64,000 nt of DNA from Naegleria gruberi. Taxonomy: Eukaryota. Numbering within the stretch: the first letter of the stretch is position 1; every line of letters starts with the position of its first letter. This document shows, one piece after another, positions 12,632-20,934 of the stretch. A program made the position numbers and the translations under genes. Under the pieces are notes generated by a model, which saw nothing but the letters and a program-made list of their open reading frames with translations, was not told the origin of the DNA and ran no database searches. Where the stretch lies: NCBI GenBank assembly GCA_000004985.1, contig GG738850.1; one strand, 5' to 3'.

Positions 12632-13643
12632 TTTTTCAAAAGTAATAAATCATCAAATGGCTTGAGAAGTAGTGAAAAAATCTTTCGGAGTTGTTATGAA
12701 GTTGTTAGGAAGAGGAGATGGTTTAATATATTGATGGAAGGTTACCTGTTGAATTTGTGCCTATTCTTATTACTGTTGAATGATGACTTTCGAGTGTACA
12801 ACAATAGTAGAATATATTGGTGTGGATATTTTGTTGTTATATGGTTGGATGATGAAAATTAGAAAAAGACAAATATGTGCATTGAATGGATTTGGTAGAA
12901 TTCAATTTATTAATTTAATACTAATTGATAAAGTATTCAATATTACATGATGATAGTATCATCTTGATTGTGATGATTAAAATTTTCTTTTCTTCGTTTC
13001 TCTGAGTTCTACGTATTGTTTGTGTGAATTTTGATCTTTTATCTTGATCAAATATATATTCGGTTATAGATGAAGAGTTTCAATTCAACAAACTTCTTTT
13101 TCATTATCCTATCACTCAACGTGTATTGAGTAATATATTGTAGTGAGTAACCTTCAAAAAAGATAATTGTAGATTGATGTGGTGGCTTTGTGATCCTTTT
13201 CATAATTTACATGACATTGTATTCTTTGTAATGTCTAGTCATCCTCGATTACAAGACCAATTGTTTGTGAGCAACTCGCCGATTGGCCCGTTCTTCAGAT
13301 TGACCGTGTTTGATTAAAGTGTGATGGGTTGCGTGGCGCCAATTAATTCTTGTAAGTTCACCAGCCAAATTGTTGCTTTTTAGAAGATGGAACACGCCAT
13401 ATAATGACCTTCCACTTTTAAATAAACGTTGTAATTCTGTTCGGCATGTGTTCAATTTCTCACGCTGTGTTTGTTACTTTCTCATCTGTTGGCAAACAAC
13501 GGAACCAACAACCGCCGTGAGCCATTATCGAGGCGATGCTGGAAAGTGAAGCCTTCAAAATGTTCAGCAGCGATATTGTTATAAAACTCGTGCATCTACT
13601 ATCATTTTAAAAAAAAACACAACAACAATAATAATACAACAAA

Positions 13644-14135
13644 ATGTCTGAAACCAAGCAAGTCGAATTAACATCCAAGGATAAAGTTTCCTTCAAGGTT
13701 GATAGAGATGTCATCTTGATGTCCGGTCTCGTTAAGGATATGTTAGAAGAAGGTGATGAAGATGAAACACCAATCATCCCAATTCCAAACGTTGATTCCA
13801 AGCCATTGCAAAAGGTTATTGAATATTGTCAATATCACCACAAGGAACCAGCCCAAGAAATTGAAAAGCCATTGAAGGGTAAGATTGAAGATGTTATCTG
13901 TGATTGGGACAAGAAGTTCTTGGAAATTGATCAATCTCTCTTGATTGAACTTATCATGGCTGCCAACTATTTGAATATTAAGGATCTTTTGGATTTGACC
14001 TGTGCTAAGGTTGCCTCCATGATCAAGGGCAAGTCACCAGAACAAATTAGAGAAATGTTCGGTATTGAAAATGATTTCACCCCAGAAGAGGAAGCCAAAA
14101 TTAGAGAAGAAAACAAGTGGTGCGAAGAAGCATAA
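13644..14135 (+). CDS. SKP1: Skp1 (SCF ubiquitin ligase subunit), intronless, 163 aa
   Basis: ATG at 13644. The N-terminal BTB/POZ-like Skp1 tetramerisation domain and the C-terminal dimerisation helix (DLLDLTCAKVASMIKGKSPEQIREMFGIENDFTPEEEAKIREENKWCEE) match the canonical Skp1 signature. Confidence 0.92.
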   Translation: MSETKQVELTSKDKVSFKVDRDVILMSGLVKDMLEEGDEDETPIIPIPNVDSKPLQKVIEYCQYHHKEPAQEIEKPLKGKIEDVICDWDKKFLEIDQSLLIELIMAANYLNIKDLLDLTCAKVASMIKGKSPEQIREMFGIENDFTPEEEAKIREENKWCEEA

Positions 14136-14154
14136 ATTGTATTATAAATTTGTT

Positions 14155-14215
14155 AATTTTAATTTTTATTTAATTTTTATTTAATGTTATTTAATTTTTA
14201 TTTCAATATTATTAA
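14155..14215. repeat. AT-rich tandem repeat ((t)aatttttatttaat)n in the Skp1 3' flank
   Basis: About four tandem copies of ttaatttttatttaat lie immediately after the Skp1 stop codon. Confidence 0.5.
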
Positions 14216-14343
14216 ATTATTGTTGGAATTAGTGAAATTGGGTAGCATGCTGAGATAATTTAAAATTGCTAGGATTAATAAAGTATGAATATTGACAGTT
14301 GACAATGATTTTAAAATCTCAAATATTATTTGTTTTTATTGGA

Positions 14344-16170
14344 TTAGTCACTCTCTTCCTCTTCTTCTCTTTTCCTCTTGTTCTTTTCATTCCTATTTTC
14401 ACTGACCAGTTTGTGAAATTCTTGCTTGATAGAGACTGTGTTTGCATTTGGTTTCAACAATGAGCGAGTCAATGAAAGCATGTTTGCAATCTTTAACAAA
14501 TTGATATCTTTGGTAGAGAGAGAACCCAATTTGTTTCTCAAATATTTAACCAAACTGTTTCTGTCAGCAGAGCCATAATTTTGCTCAGTGATCATGGTGG
14601 GCTCAATTTTGATACTTCTTCTATTTGAACCAGATGGAATGAATGAGTGATCAACACTAGTATCTATGGCACCTTTGGCTTTAAATAATTTAACTTCGGT
14701 TTTCAACAAGCCAAAATCAATTCTGAAAAACTTTTCAGACTCTAACCGAACAATTTTCAAAATTTTCCAACACTCTACAATGACACGATAGCCTCCTGTA
14801 TATCTGGGAATCATGTTACCAATTCTTGCAATGTGATCAGAAATGTAACAACAATCTGGAAAATCAATAATTGTTGGTGATTTGGTATCGTAAAAACCTT
14901 CTTCTTGTCCAAGTAACCAATTCAAGCATTCACCATATTCAATATTGCCTCTAATCTTTTCTAAAAGCTCAGGACATTCCTTGTACATTGGATTTGGTGT
15001 GTTAGCTTTAACTATTTTCCAAGTTGAATCCATAATTCTTCTTTTAGTAATGATTGGATTCTTATTCTTATAAGGAGCTAATGGAGTAAGCTTCTCCCAA
15101 AATTCATTTGCAGTAATTTCATCACCATTGACTTTTCTTGGCAATGGATATTGGGACTGGGCAATCTTTTCCAATTTCATATCAGCATTTCTTGTTGGAT
15201 TGCTTGCCAATTCACTACTATTACCATTGATTGCCTTAGGTGTAGTTGGTAGAGCATTTTGAACACCCAATTGAATGGCAGCAATCAAGTCTTGGATTGT
15301 CATGTTATTCAACATGAGAGGCTGTGCTGGTGTAATAGATGATTCTGTAGAGGTGAGGAGAGTTCCTTCATCTTGTTTGACAATTCCTTCATCTTGTTTA
15401 ACATCCTCCTTGTAACAAGTGAGCTCCTTGTACAAATCGAGTGATTTTTGTCTATCAAAATGTACAAACAATCTATAGATCATTACTAATCTATCATTGG
15501 TGGATATTTCCATGTCAAATCCTAATTGCTCTGACTTGGCATCAATCCACTTGTTCAAAAAGGATGTAAATACCTTTCCAAATAGAATATTTTCATCAGT
15601 AGAGCTATATTGAACAATTGAATCGTAAATATAGGTAGGCAAATGAAACTTGATTCTTCTAAAGAATGAGTCACTTGTTACATTATCCAATGGAGGTTCT
15701 TCTCTCAATACATTGATAAATTTCTCCTCTGTGTAGTCATTATCTTCAGCAGTTTTAATACCCATGAGTATACTGTTAGGGTCAATTAAATGTAGGATTT
15801 TCTTGTCAACATAACGACGATAGACATTGTTACCTGGTGTTAACTTCCATCCATACCAACGAATGATTAGTTCAAACTCGTCAACCTTTAAACTTTGGTG
15901 TTGGATCATGATTTGCACAGCAGCCCATGTAGCTCCAGATCTTCTCATACTATAAGGAACAATATGTTGCTGAATTCCAACAAATAATCTAGAATTGGTA
16001 ATTTCTTTAGCAAATTGACTCAAATTGTGAGGTACAAAACCATTTCCAATAGAGGAGAATAAATGCATTTCCAAACATTCTTCCTTAATAGAAAAGTCAC
16101 AATTTTTCAAACATGACTCCAAGTTACCACTTTTGAAAATTCCTCTCAAAGCCAAATATTCTAAAAGCAT
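14344..16170 (-). CDS. 608-aa ORF whose N-terminal ~125 aa resemble a tyrosine-recombinase (phage-integrase/Cre/Crypton-type) catalytic domain; C-terminal ~480 aa have no recognised domain
   Basis: ATG at 16170 with an in-frame TGA immediately upstream. The ordered motifs are LALRG (box I Arg), IGNGFVPH (beta-hairpin region), HIVPYSMRRSGATWAAVQ (box II), IIRWYGW (conserved Trp) and NNVYRRY (candidate catalytic Tyr about 9 residues after the Trp). This parallels Cre RHSARVGAARD...AGGWTNVNIVMNYIR. There is an internal DVKQDEGIVKQDEG duplication. The gene lies beside tRNA-His. Confidence 0.5.
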   Translation of the reverse strand: MLLEYLALRGIFKSGNLESCLKNCDFSIKEECLEMHLFSSIGNGFVPHNLSQFAKEITNSRLFVGIQQHIVPYSMRRSGATWAAVQIMIQHQSLKVDEFELIIRWYGWKLTPGNNVYRRYVDKKILHLIDPNSILMGIKTAEDNDYTEEKFINVLREEPPLDNVTSDSFFRRIKFHLPTYIYDSIVQYSSTDENILFGKVFTSFLNKWIDAKSEQLGFDMEISTNDRLVMIYRLFVHFDRQKSLDLYKELTCYKEDVKQDEGIVKQDEGTLLTSTESSITPAQPLMLNNMTIQDLIAAIQLGVQNALPTTPKAINGNSSELASNPTRNADMKLEKIAQSQYPLPRKVNGDEITANEFWEKLTPLAPYKNKNPIITKRRIMDSTWKIVKANTPNPMYKECPELLEKIRGNIEYGECLNWLLGQEEGFYDTKSPTIIDFPDCCYISDHIARIGNMIPRYTGGYRVIVECWKILKIVRLESEKFFRIDFGLLKTEVKLFKAKGAIDTSVDHSFIPSGSNRRSIKIEPTMITEQNYGSADRNSLVKYLRNKLGSLSTKDINLLKIANMLSLTRSLLKPNANTVSIKQEFHKLVSENRNEKNKRKREEEEESD

Positions 16171-16612
16171 AAAAGATAAAGCAATTGTTATTCAAACCCC
16201 AATCCACAAAGTTTAGATTCACTCTCTTTCAATCATTGATAAAATGAATTTGTTAGCTTTTATTTTGAATTTTATTACCAGTTCTCTATTCCACACAAAA
16301 AGATACAAGACTACAGCACCACAGGTTCCCAAGTTGTCTCCAACCTCAGTACTGATGTGGTTCGACGATGCTTAACTTCTCAAATCGGACGGGATGAGGT
16401 GCATTCATCGTGATATGGCCGTAGCCAATCATATTATCAAAATAATGTTAGTGAACTATTAATATTTCTAAATTGCTTAACTTATCTATCACAATGAGTG
16501 AAATTCTCAAAAAAAATGTTATGTCTAAATCATAATTAAACAGATCTCGTTTTTCATTATTAACTTTAACTTGTACTGATTATAAAATAAACTAATTTAC
16601 ATCAATTAGAGA

Positions 16613-16683
16613 AGGGAGATAGTTCAGTGGTAGAACATGGGATTGTGGTTCCTAAGATCAGGGTTCGATTCCCTGTCTTCCTA
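16613..16683 (+). tRNA. tRNA-His (anticodon GTG)
   Basis: Cloverleaf elements are acceptor AGGGAGA/TCTTCCT (one G-U pair), D arm GTTC-AGTGGTA-GAAC, anticodon arm TGGGA-TTGTGGT-TCCTA and T arm CAGGG-TTCGATT-CCCTG. There is no encoded G-1, as expected for a eukaryote. A T6 run follows at 16686-16692. Confidence 0.85.
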
Positions 16684-16685
16684 CA

Positions 16686-16692
16686 CCTTTTT
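16686..16692 (+). terminator. Pol III terminator (T6) after tRNA-His
   Basis: A TTTTTT run lies immediately 3' of the tRNA. Confidence 0.6.
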
Positions 16693-16772
16693 TAACAACA
16701 GAAAGAAAAGATTTAACTTAAGGATTATTGTTGACGGACAGATATTTACATTTGAGATTTATCGGGTACAAT

Positions 16773-18701
16773 TCAATTTTCAGTAATTACTTCACGATAG
16801 GATTGAGCCACTTCTAATGTATTATCTTTTGGAACAAATTTGATTCTTGGATGGTGGGGAATTATGTATTTCGAAAATAATTCACTATTATTCGAATCAT
16901 ACTCAAAATACTCTAAACTTGGTGGCAAATCTAACTTTGGATAAATATCTTGAACAAAATCAGAACTATCACTAAAATTAAAATGCCACACTAGCTTTTT
17001 GAGCTGTCTGAATTTCTTGATTGATTTTACAATATCCATATCATTTTGTGCATATGTATTCGTTCTTATAATTAATTCTTTGAGATTGGGTGATCTTTTT
17101 GCTAGATTTCTAATCACCCTCCCACTAATAGCACCATGACTCGTATTTATAGATTCTACATCAGTCAGTAATGCCTTCTCAACATCTCTATTTTCAATAT
17201 AGAAATGTTCAGAGCCATAGGTTAGAGGTTGCATCATGTAATAAACTGTTCTTTTTCCAGGTTTTTTCAAATAATAATTGAAAAAGGAAGAGTTCAAAGT
17301 GTGGCCAAGTATTTGCATACCATTAACTCTTTCATGGCTTGGCATGAATAATTTTTCTTTCAATGATGATGTGTGATTGTGTTTCTCTAACTGTCTGTCA
17401 GCATTATTAATTAAATTTCTAAATGAAATTTCAAGAATGTCATCATTGACCACACTTTTCATGGCAATTTCTCTCCAATATTTACAAGTTCTTGAAATGA
17501 GCATTCTATTATAGACAGGTAGGAATGAAAATATTAATTCTGTAGAGTTATCATCCAATAGGCGGTAACTAAATGCTGAAATTATTTTAGTATTAGGATT
17601 GAGAGCTTTGGCTTTTTGAATATATACATCACGTTCCTTTTTCATGTCTTTTCTTCCATAGACATAGGCAATCATTTTAGCACATTCATCACTATTAATA
17701 ATACTCATTGATTGTAAAAAATCATCCAATGCCAAATCAACTTCATGTGAATAATAGTATGAAAGTCCTCTATTATAAATATAATGGCCCAAATTTGGAT
17801 GATCCTTTCCAATTTCAATAGCCTTATTGTAACATTCAATAGAATCTCTGTAATAGGTTGAAAAATAATATGAAATTCCAGCTCTGAAATATAGCTCTTC
17901 AAGAGATATTATTGAGGAAGGAATTTTAACCTTCTCTGTCTGTTCTTCCTGGGGAGCAGTGACTTCCTGTACTTGTTTCCCCAACTTGCTCTTTATCAAG
18001 TTTCCAGCATGTTTGAAATAGGATTTGGTTTGTTCATGAAATTCATTCAAATTCTCCATCACCTTCTCAGCAGTATGTTTCATAACATTTTGAATTTCAA
18101 AAACCTTCTTCTCCACCTCATTGGATTTGCTATCGTTGGCTTCTTTCAACTCTATTGCCTTTTTGAATGCATGAGCAGATTCCAAATAATCTCCAGTCAC
18201 ATAGAGAAGAAACCCTTCCAAATATTTGACAATATAGGTCTCTTTCAGCGTGTAATCCAAATAGATAGCAAATTTGAGATCGTTCATTGCCTTTTCATAC
18301 TTATTAGAGGCACATCTCACCAAAGTTCTTTGCAAGTATAAAATTGCATCTTCAGATGATAATACAACTTTTGGATCTGATGAGTTTTCCATTGGTGCTG
18401 AATTTTCTATTGCTGAATTTTCATTCTTTTCATCGGCTGTAATTAATTTCGCATCGTCACCATCAACAATTTTCATCTTGTTATTCAACATCTTCTCGGC
18501 CTTATCTTGCTTTCTATATAAAATCTTCTCCTTCAATTCTCTTCTTTTAATCTTCCAGTTGGAATCAATCTTTTGATTGTTTTCTCTAATTTTACTATCC
18601 ATCGAGGAGAAGGTACTATGAATGAAATTGTATGCAGAGCCACCCAAGATGAGCGGGAAAAGAAGGATCAGAACAGGACCAGAAGGTACACTTCCACACA
18701 T
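16773..18701 (-). CDS. F-box protein with N-terminal hydrophobic segment, coiled-coil/TPR-like repeats and C-terminal LRR-like region
   Basis: ATG at 18701. The F-box motif is LIFSFLPVYNRMLISRTCKYWREIA. Upstream are TPR-like helices (YFRAGISYYFSTYYRDSIECYNKAIEIGKD...). The N-terminus has VLILLFPLILGG. Confidence 0.6.
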   Translation of the reverse strand: MCGSVPSGPVLILLFPLILGGSAYNFIHSTFSSMDSKIRENNQKIDSNWKIKRRELKEKILYRKQDKAEKMLNNKMKIVDGDDAKLITADEKNENSAIENSAPMENSSDPKVVLSSEDAILYLQRTLVRCASNKYEKAMNDLKFAIYLDYTLKETYIVKYLEGFLLYVTGDYLESAHAFKKAIELKEANDSKSNEVEKKVFEIQNVMKHTAEKVMENLNEFHEQTKSYFKHAGNLIKSKLGKQVQEVTAPQEEQTEKVKIPSSIISLEELYFRAGISYYFSTYYRDSIECYNKAIEIGKDHPNLGHYIYNRGLSYYYSHEVDLALDDFLQSMSIINSDECAKMIAYVYGRKDMKKERDVYIQKAKALNPNTKIISAFSYRLLDDNSTELIFSFLPVYNRMLISRTCKYWREIAMKSVVNDDILEISFRNLINNADRQLEKHNHTSSLKEKLFMPSHERVNGMQILGHTLNSSFFNYYLKKPGKRTVYYMMQPLTYGSEHFYIENRDVEKALLTDVESINTSHGAISGRVIRNLAKRSPNLKELIIRTNTYAQNDMDIVKSIKKFRQLKKLVWHFNFSDSSDFVQDIYPKLDLPPSLEYFEYDSNNSELFSKYIIPHHPRIKFVPKDNTLEVAQSYREVITEN

Positions 18702-18877
18702 TTTTTTTTGATGAAAAGAAACAATGATGAACTTTTGAAACTCATGGTTGACAAGTTGTTTTTACAATGATATCACAAAATCAACATTATGTAAATTCCT
18801 CAAAAGTTCAATAAATAAATTTCTCCACTGTCATTTTCAATAAAGTTTCCAACAAACATTTCATATTGACACATTTT

Positions 18878-19282
18878 ATGGAGAAAATTCAACAACAAAA
18901 TAAAATTCTTGTGCCATCTCGAACTCCAAAAAAACAAAAAAAAATGAAAAAACGAACCTTTGATGAAATCAGCAGCAGCAAACAAGATTTAGAAGAACCA
19001 AAGCAACAATCTCCACCAATATTGAGAGGTAAATCTTTACTTCCTCCACGAGGAGGAGGAGGATCCATCATGACCAATTCAACTATCCATTCAATCCGTG
19101 CAACTGAATCAGTGGTAGTACAATCTTCCTCATCATCCAATTCACAAAAATCGAATAATAGCACTAGTAGACTCCGAATCATAAAAAAGCCTTCCGTGAC
19201 GATTAAAGTTATTGAAGAAGAAGAAGTAGAGGAGAAAGAAAATGCACTGATTAATAATAGTAATAATTATTTCAATGGTTGA
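18878..19282 (+). CDS. Small basic/Ser-rich protein (about 134 aa) of unknown function
   Basis: First ATG at 18878; the track 'M' at 18866 is TTG. It has a KKQKKMKKRTFDEI basic patch and an acidic EEEEVEEKE segment. Its stop TGA overlaps the ATG of the next gene (ATGGTTGA). Confidence 0.35.
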   Translation: MEKIQQQNKILVPSRTPKKQKKMKKRTFDEISSSKQDLEEPKQQSPPILRGKSLLPPRGGGGSIMTNSTIHSIRATESVVVQSSSSSNSQKSNNSTSRLRIIKKPSVTIKVIEEEEVEEKENALINNSNNYFNG

Positions 19283-19985
19283 TGAAACAAGGGAAAAGAA
19301 TCAATCTACAGTGATGAATTCTAATGTTGTACTTAATATTCCTATTAATCTTGTAATTCATCCATTGGTTTCGAAACCTTCCTATATTATTAAGGAGGCT
19401 AGCATTGGGGTTCAGGTTCAATACTTTGAGAGATTCTTGCATGCTCACTTTGCATCAATTCTGTTTAAGAAGTTTAATGAATCGATGGATTTGTTTACAA
19501 AGGATCAATTGGTAATTCATGGAAAACATATTGAAGCTCCAAGAAAAACTCTATCCTATTCAGATTCGAATATTGTATACTCTTATTCTGGAATGCAGAG
19601 ATCGTCAATACCTTGGTTTCCTGAATTGCTCAAATTGAAAACCTTGATTCAAGAAAAGACAGGTGAGGTTTTTAATTATGCTCTTGTAAATGTGTACGAT
19701 AATGGCAATGACTATATTGGCTGGCATTCAGATAAAACAAAAGATTTGGTCGAAAATTCTTCCATAGTTTCCTTGACACTTGGAGAAACAAGACCATTCC
19801 AATTTAAACCATCAGAAGGCAAACAGAAAAATTCTGACAAATCTATCATTACAAAATATCTGCCAAATGGTTCAATGATAATTATGAATTGGAATACACA
19901 GTTTTACTACAAACATTGTCTACCAAAGAGAAAAAACATTTCAAAACAGAGAATTAACATTACTTTTAGACATGTGAAGGTGTAG
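19275..19985 (+). CDS. AlkB-family Fe(II)/2-oxoglutarate-dependent dioxygenase, ALKBH2/ALKBH3-like (DNA/RNA alkylation repair)
   Basis: The iron ligands H-x-D (IGWHSDKTKD) and distal His (FYYKHCLP), and the 2OG-binding Arg (RINITFRHV), are all present. The core can be aligned along its length to human ALKBH3 (FNSLLCNLYRNEKDSVDWHSD.. vs FNYALVNVYDNGNDYIGWHSD..). Confidence 0.85.
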   Translation: MVDETREKNQSTVMNSNVVLNIPINLVIHPLVSKPSYIIKEASIGVQVQYFERFLHAHFASILFKKFNESMDLFTKDQLVIHGKHIEAPRKTLSYSDSNIVYSYSGMQRSSIPWFPELLKLKTLIQEKTGEVFNYALVNVYDNGNDYIGWHSDKTKDLVENSSIVSLTLGETRPFQFKPSEGKQKNSDKSIITKYLPNGSMIIMNWNTQFYYKHCLPKRKNISKQRINITFRHVKV

Positions 19986-20118
19986 TGCAAATATTTACAT
20001 ATCAATCTTTCTTGAGCTAGCGGAAGTGTAAGAAACTAATCCAAATGAATTATAATAGTCTGCTCGATTAATTTCAATCTGTTGTTTATTATATGATTGG
20101 ATGATAAAGTAACTTTTC

Positions 20119-20679
20119 TTATTCATTTCCACATTTTTCATTACAATTACATTGAGTACTGGAATATGTTGAGGTTTGATATAAATAGTAAATTCCACTT
20201 CCCAATCCAACAGTAACTGCAACTGTTCCCAATACTGGTGCACTCATAATTGCACCTGTAGCTCCAATCACTTGTAAACCGGAAACCAATGATCCAGCAG
20301 CGACTCCTTAACCATTTGCAACAGCACTCATCGCCATTAGTTTAGCACCAACGCTGCCAGCAGAAATTCCTGCTTTGGTAAACCCAGCCCATCCCACAAT
20401 AGTTGGAAGAAATGAAAGAGTGGCTGCAGAGACAATTGTGGTTCCAGCTGCTGCACTAAGAAGAAGATTTGATTTCCTTGTTGTTTTGAATTCACAAGAG
20501 GTACTCCTTTTAAAATTCATTCTGTCAGAATATTTTGGGTGAATTGTGATTTCTGTGCTAGATTCCTCTTGTTTTACTTCTGTCTTTGATGAATCACCAG
20601 TAGATTCTACTACTATTTCCTCTTCTTGTTTGATTGTTTCAAATTCTCTTGGTTTAGTGCTGAACCACCTTCTGAACAA
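20119..20679 (-). CDS. IFI6/IFI27 (ISG12)-like small glycine-zipper membrane protein with mitochondrial-type N-terminus; reading frame interrupted by in-frame TAA at 20310..20308
   Basis: Track ORF 20308-20679 ends ...GFTKAGISAGSVGAKLMAMSAVANG. The same frame continues GVAAGSLVSGLQVIGATGAIMSAPVLGTVAVTVGLG... to a TAA at 20121..20119. Read across the stop, this reproduces the family motif GFT..GIAAGS.AA.MMS.A.ANGGGVAAGS..A.LQS.GA.G, with the TAA in place of a Gly codon. Confidence 0.5.
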
Positions 20680-20934
20680 GAATCTCTAAATATCAAACAG
20701 AGAATTACTTTCGGAATGATCGGTTTCAGCACTTGCTTGATGAACGAAAATTCCTCCGAGAAGGAAAAATAACAGTAAAATTACGAGAATTCGCATTTGC
20801 ATTTTTTTAAAAGAATTTTTAAATTGAAATTCCAAATGTTTACAATAACTCATGAAACGTTGTTCGTTTCATGGATAGGAATAGGATCTTTTTAAATAAA
20901 ATGTCTATTTACAAAGTGGTATGAATTTGAATGT

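Noticed and set aside
16171-16612. Search for an upstream exon of the recombinase-like gene, including a GC-rich patch at 16340-16440 reading MNAPHPVRFEKLSIVEPHQY
   Set aside because: That frame ends in a stop before any usable donor. The gene's own ATG is preceded by an in-frame TGA. I found no supportable upstream exon by eye.
18866-19985. Fusing ORF 18866-19282 to the AlkB gene as one CDS
   Set aside because: It would need a 1-nt frameshift, and I found no intron signal. They are kept as separate features with the overlap flagged.
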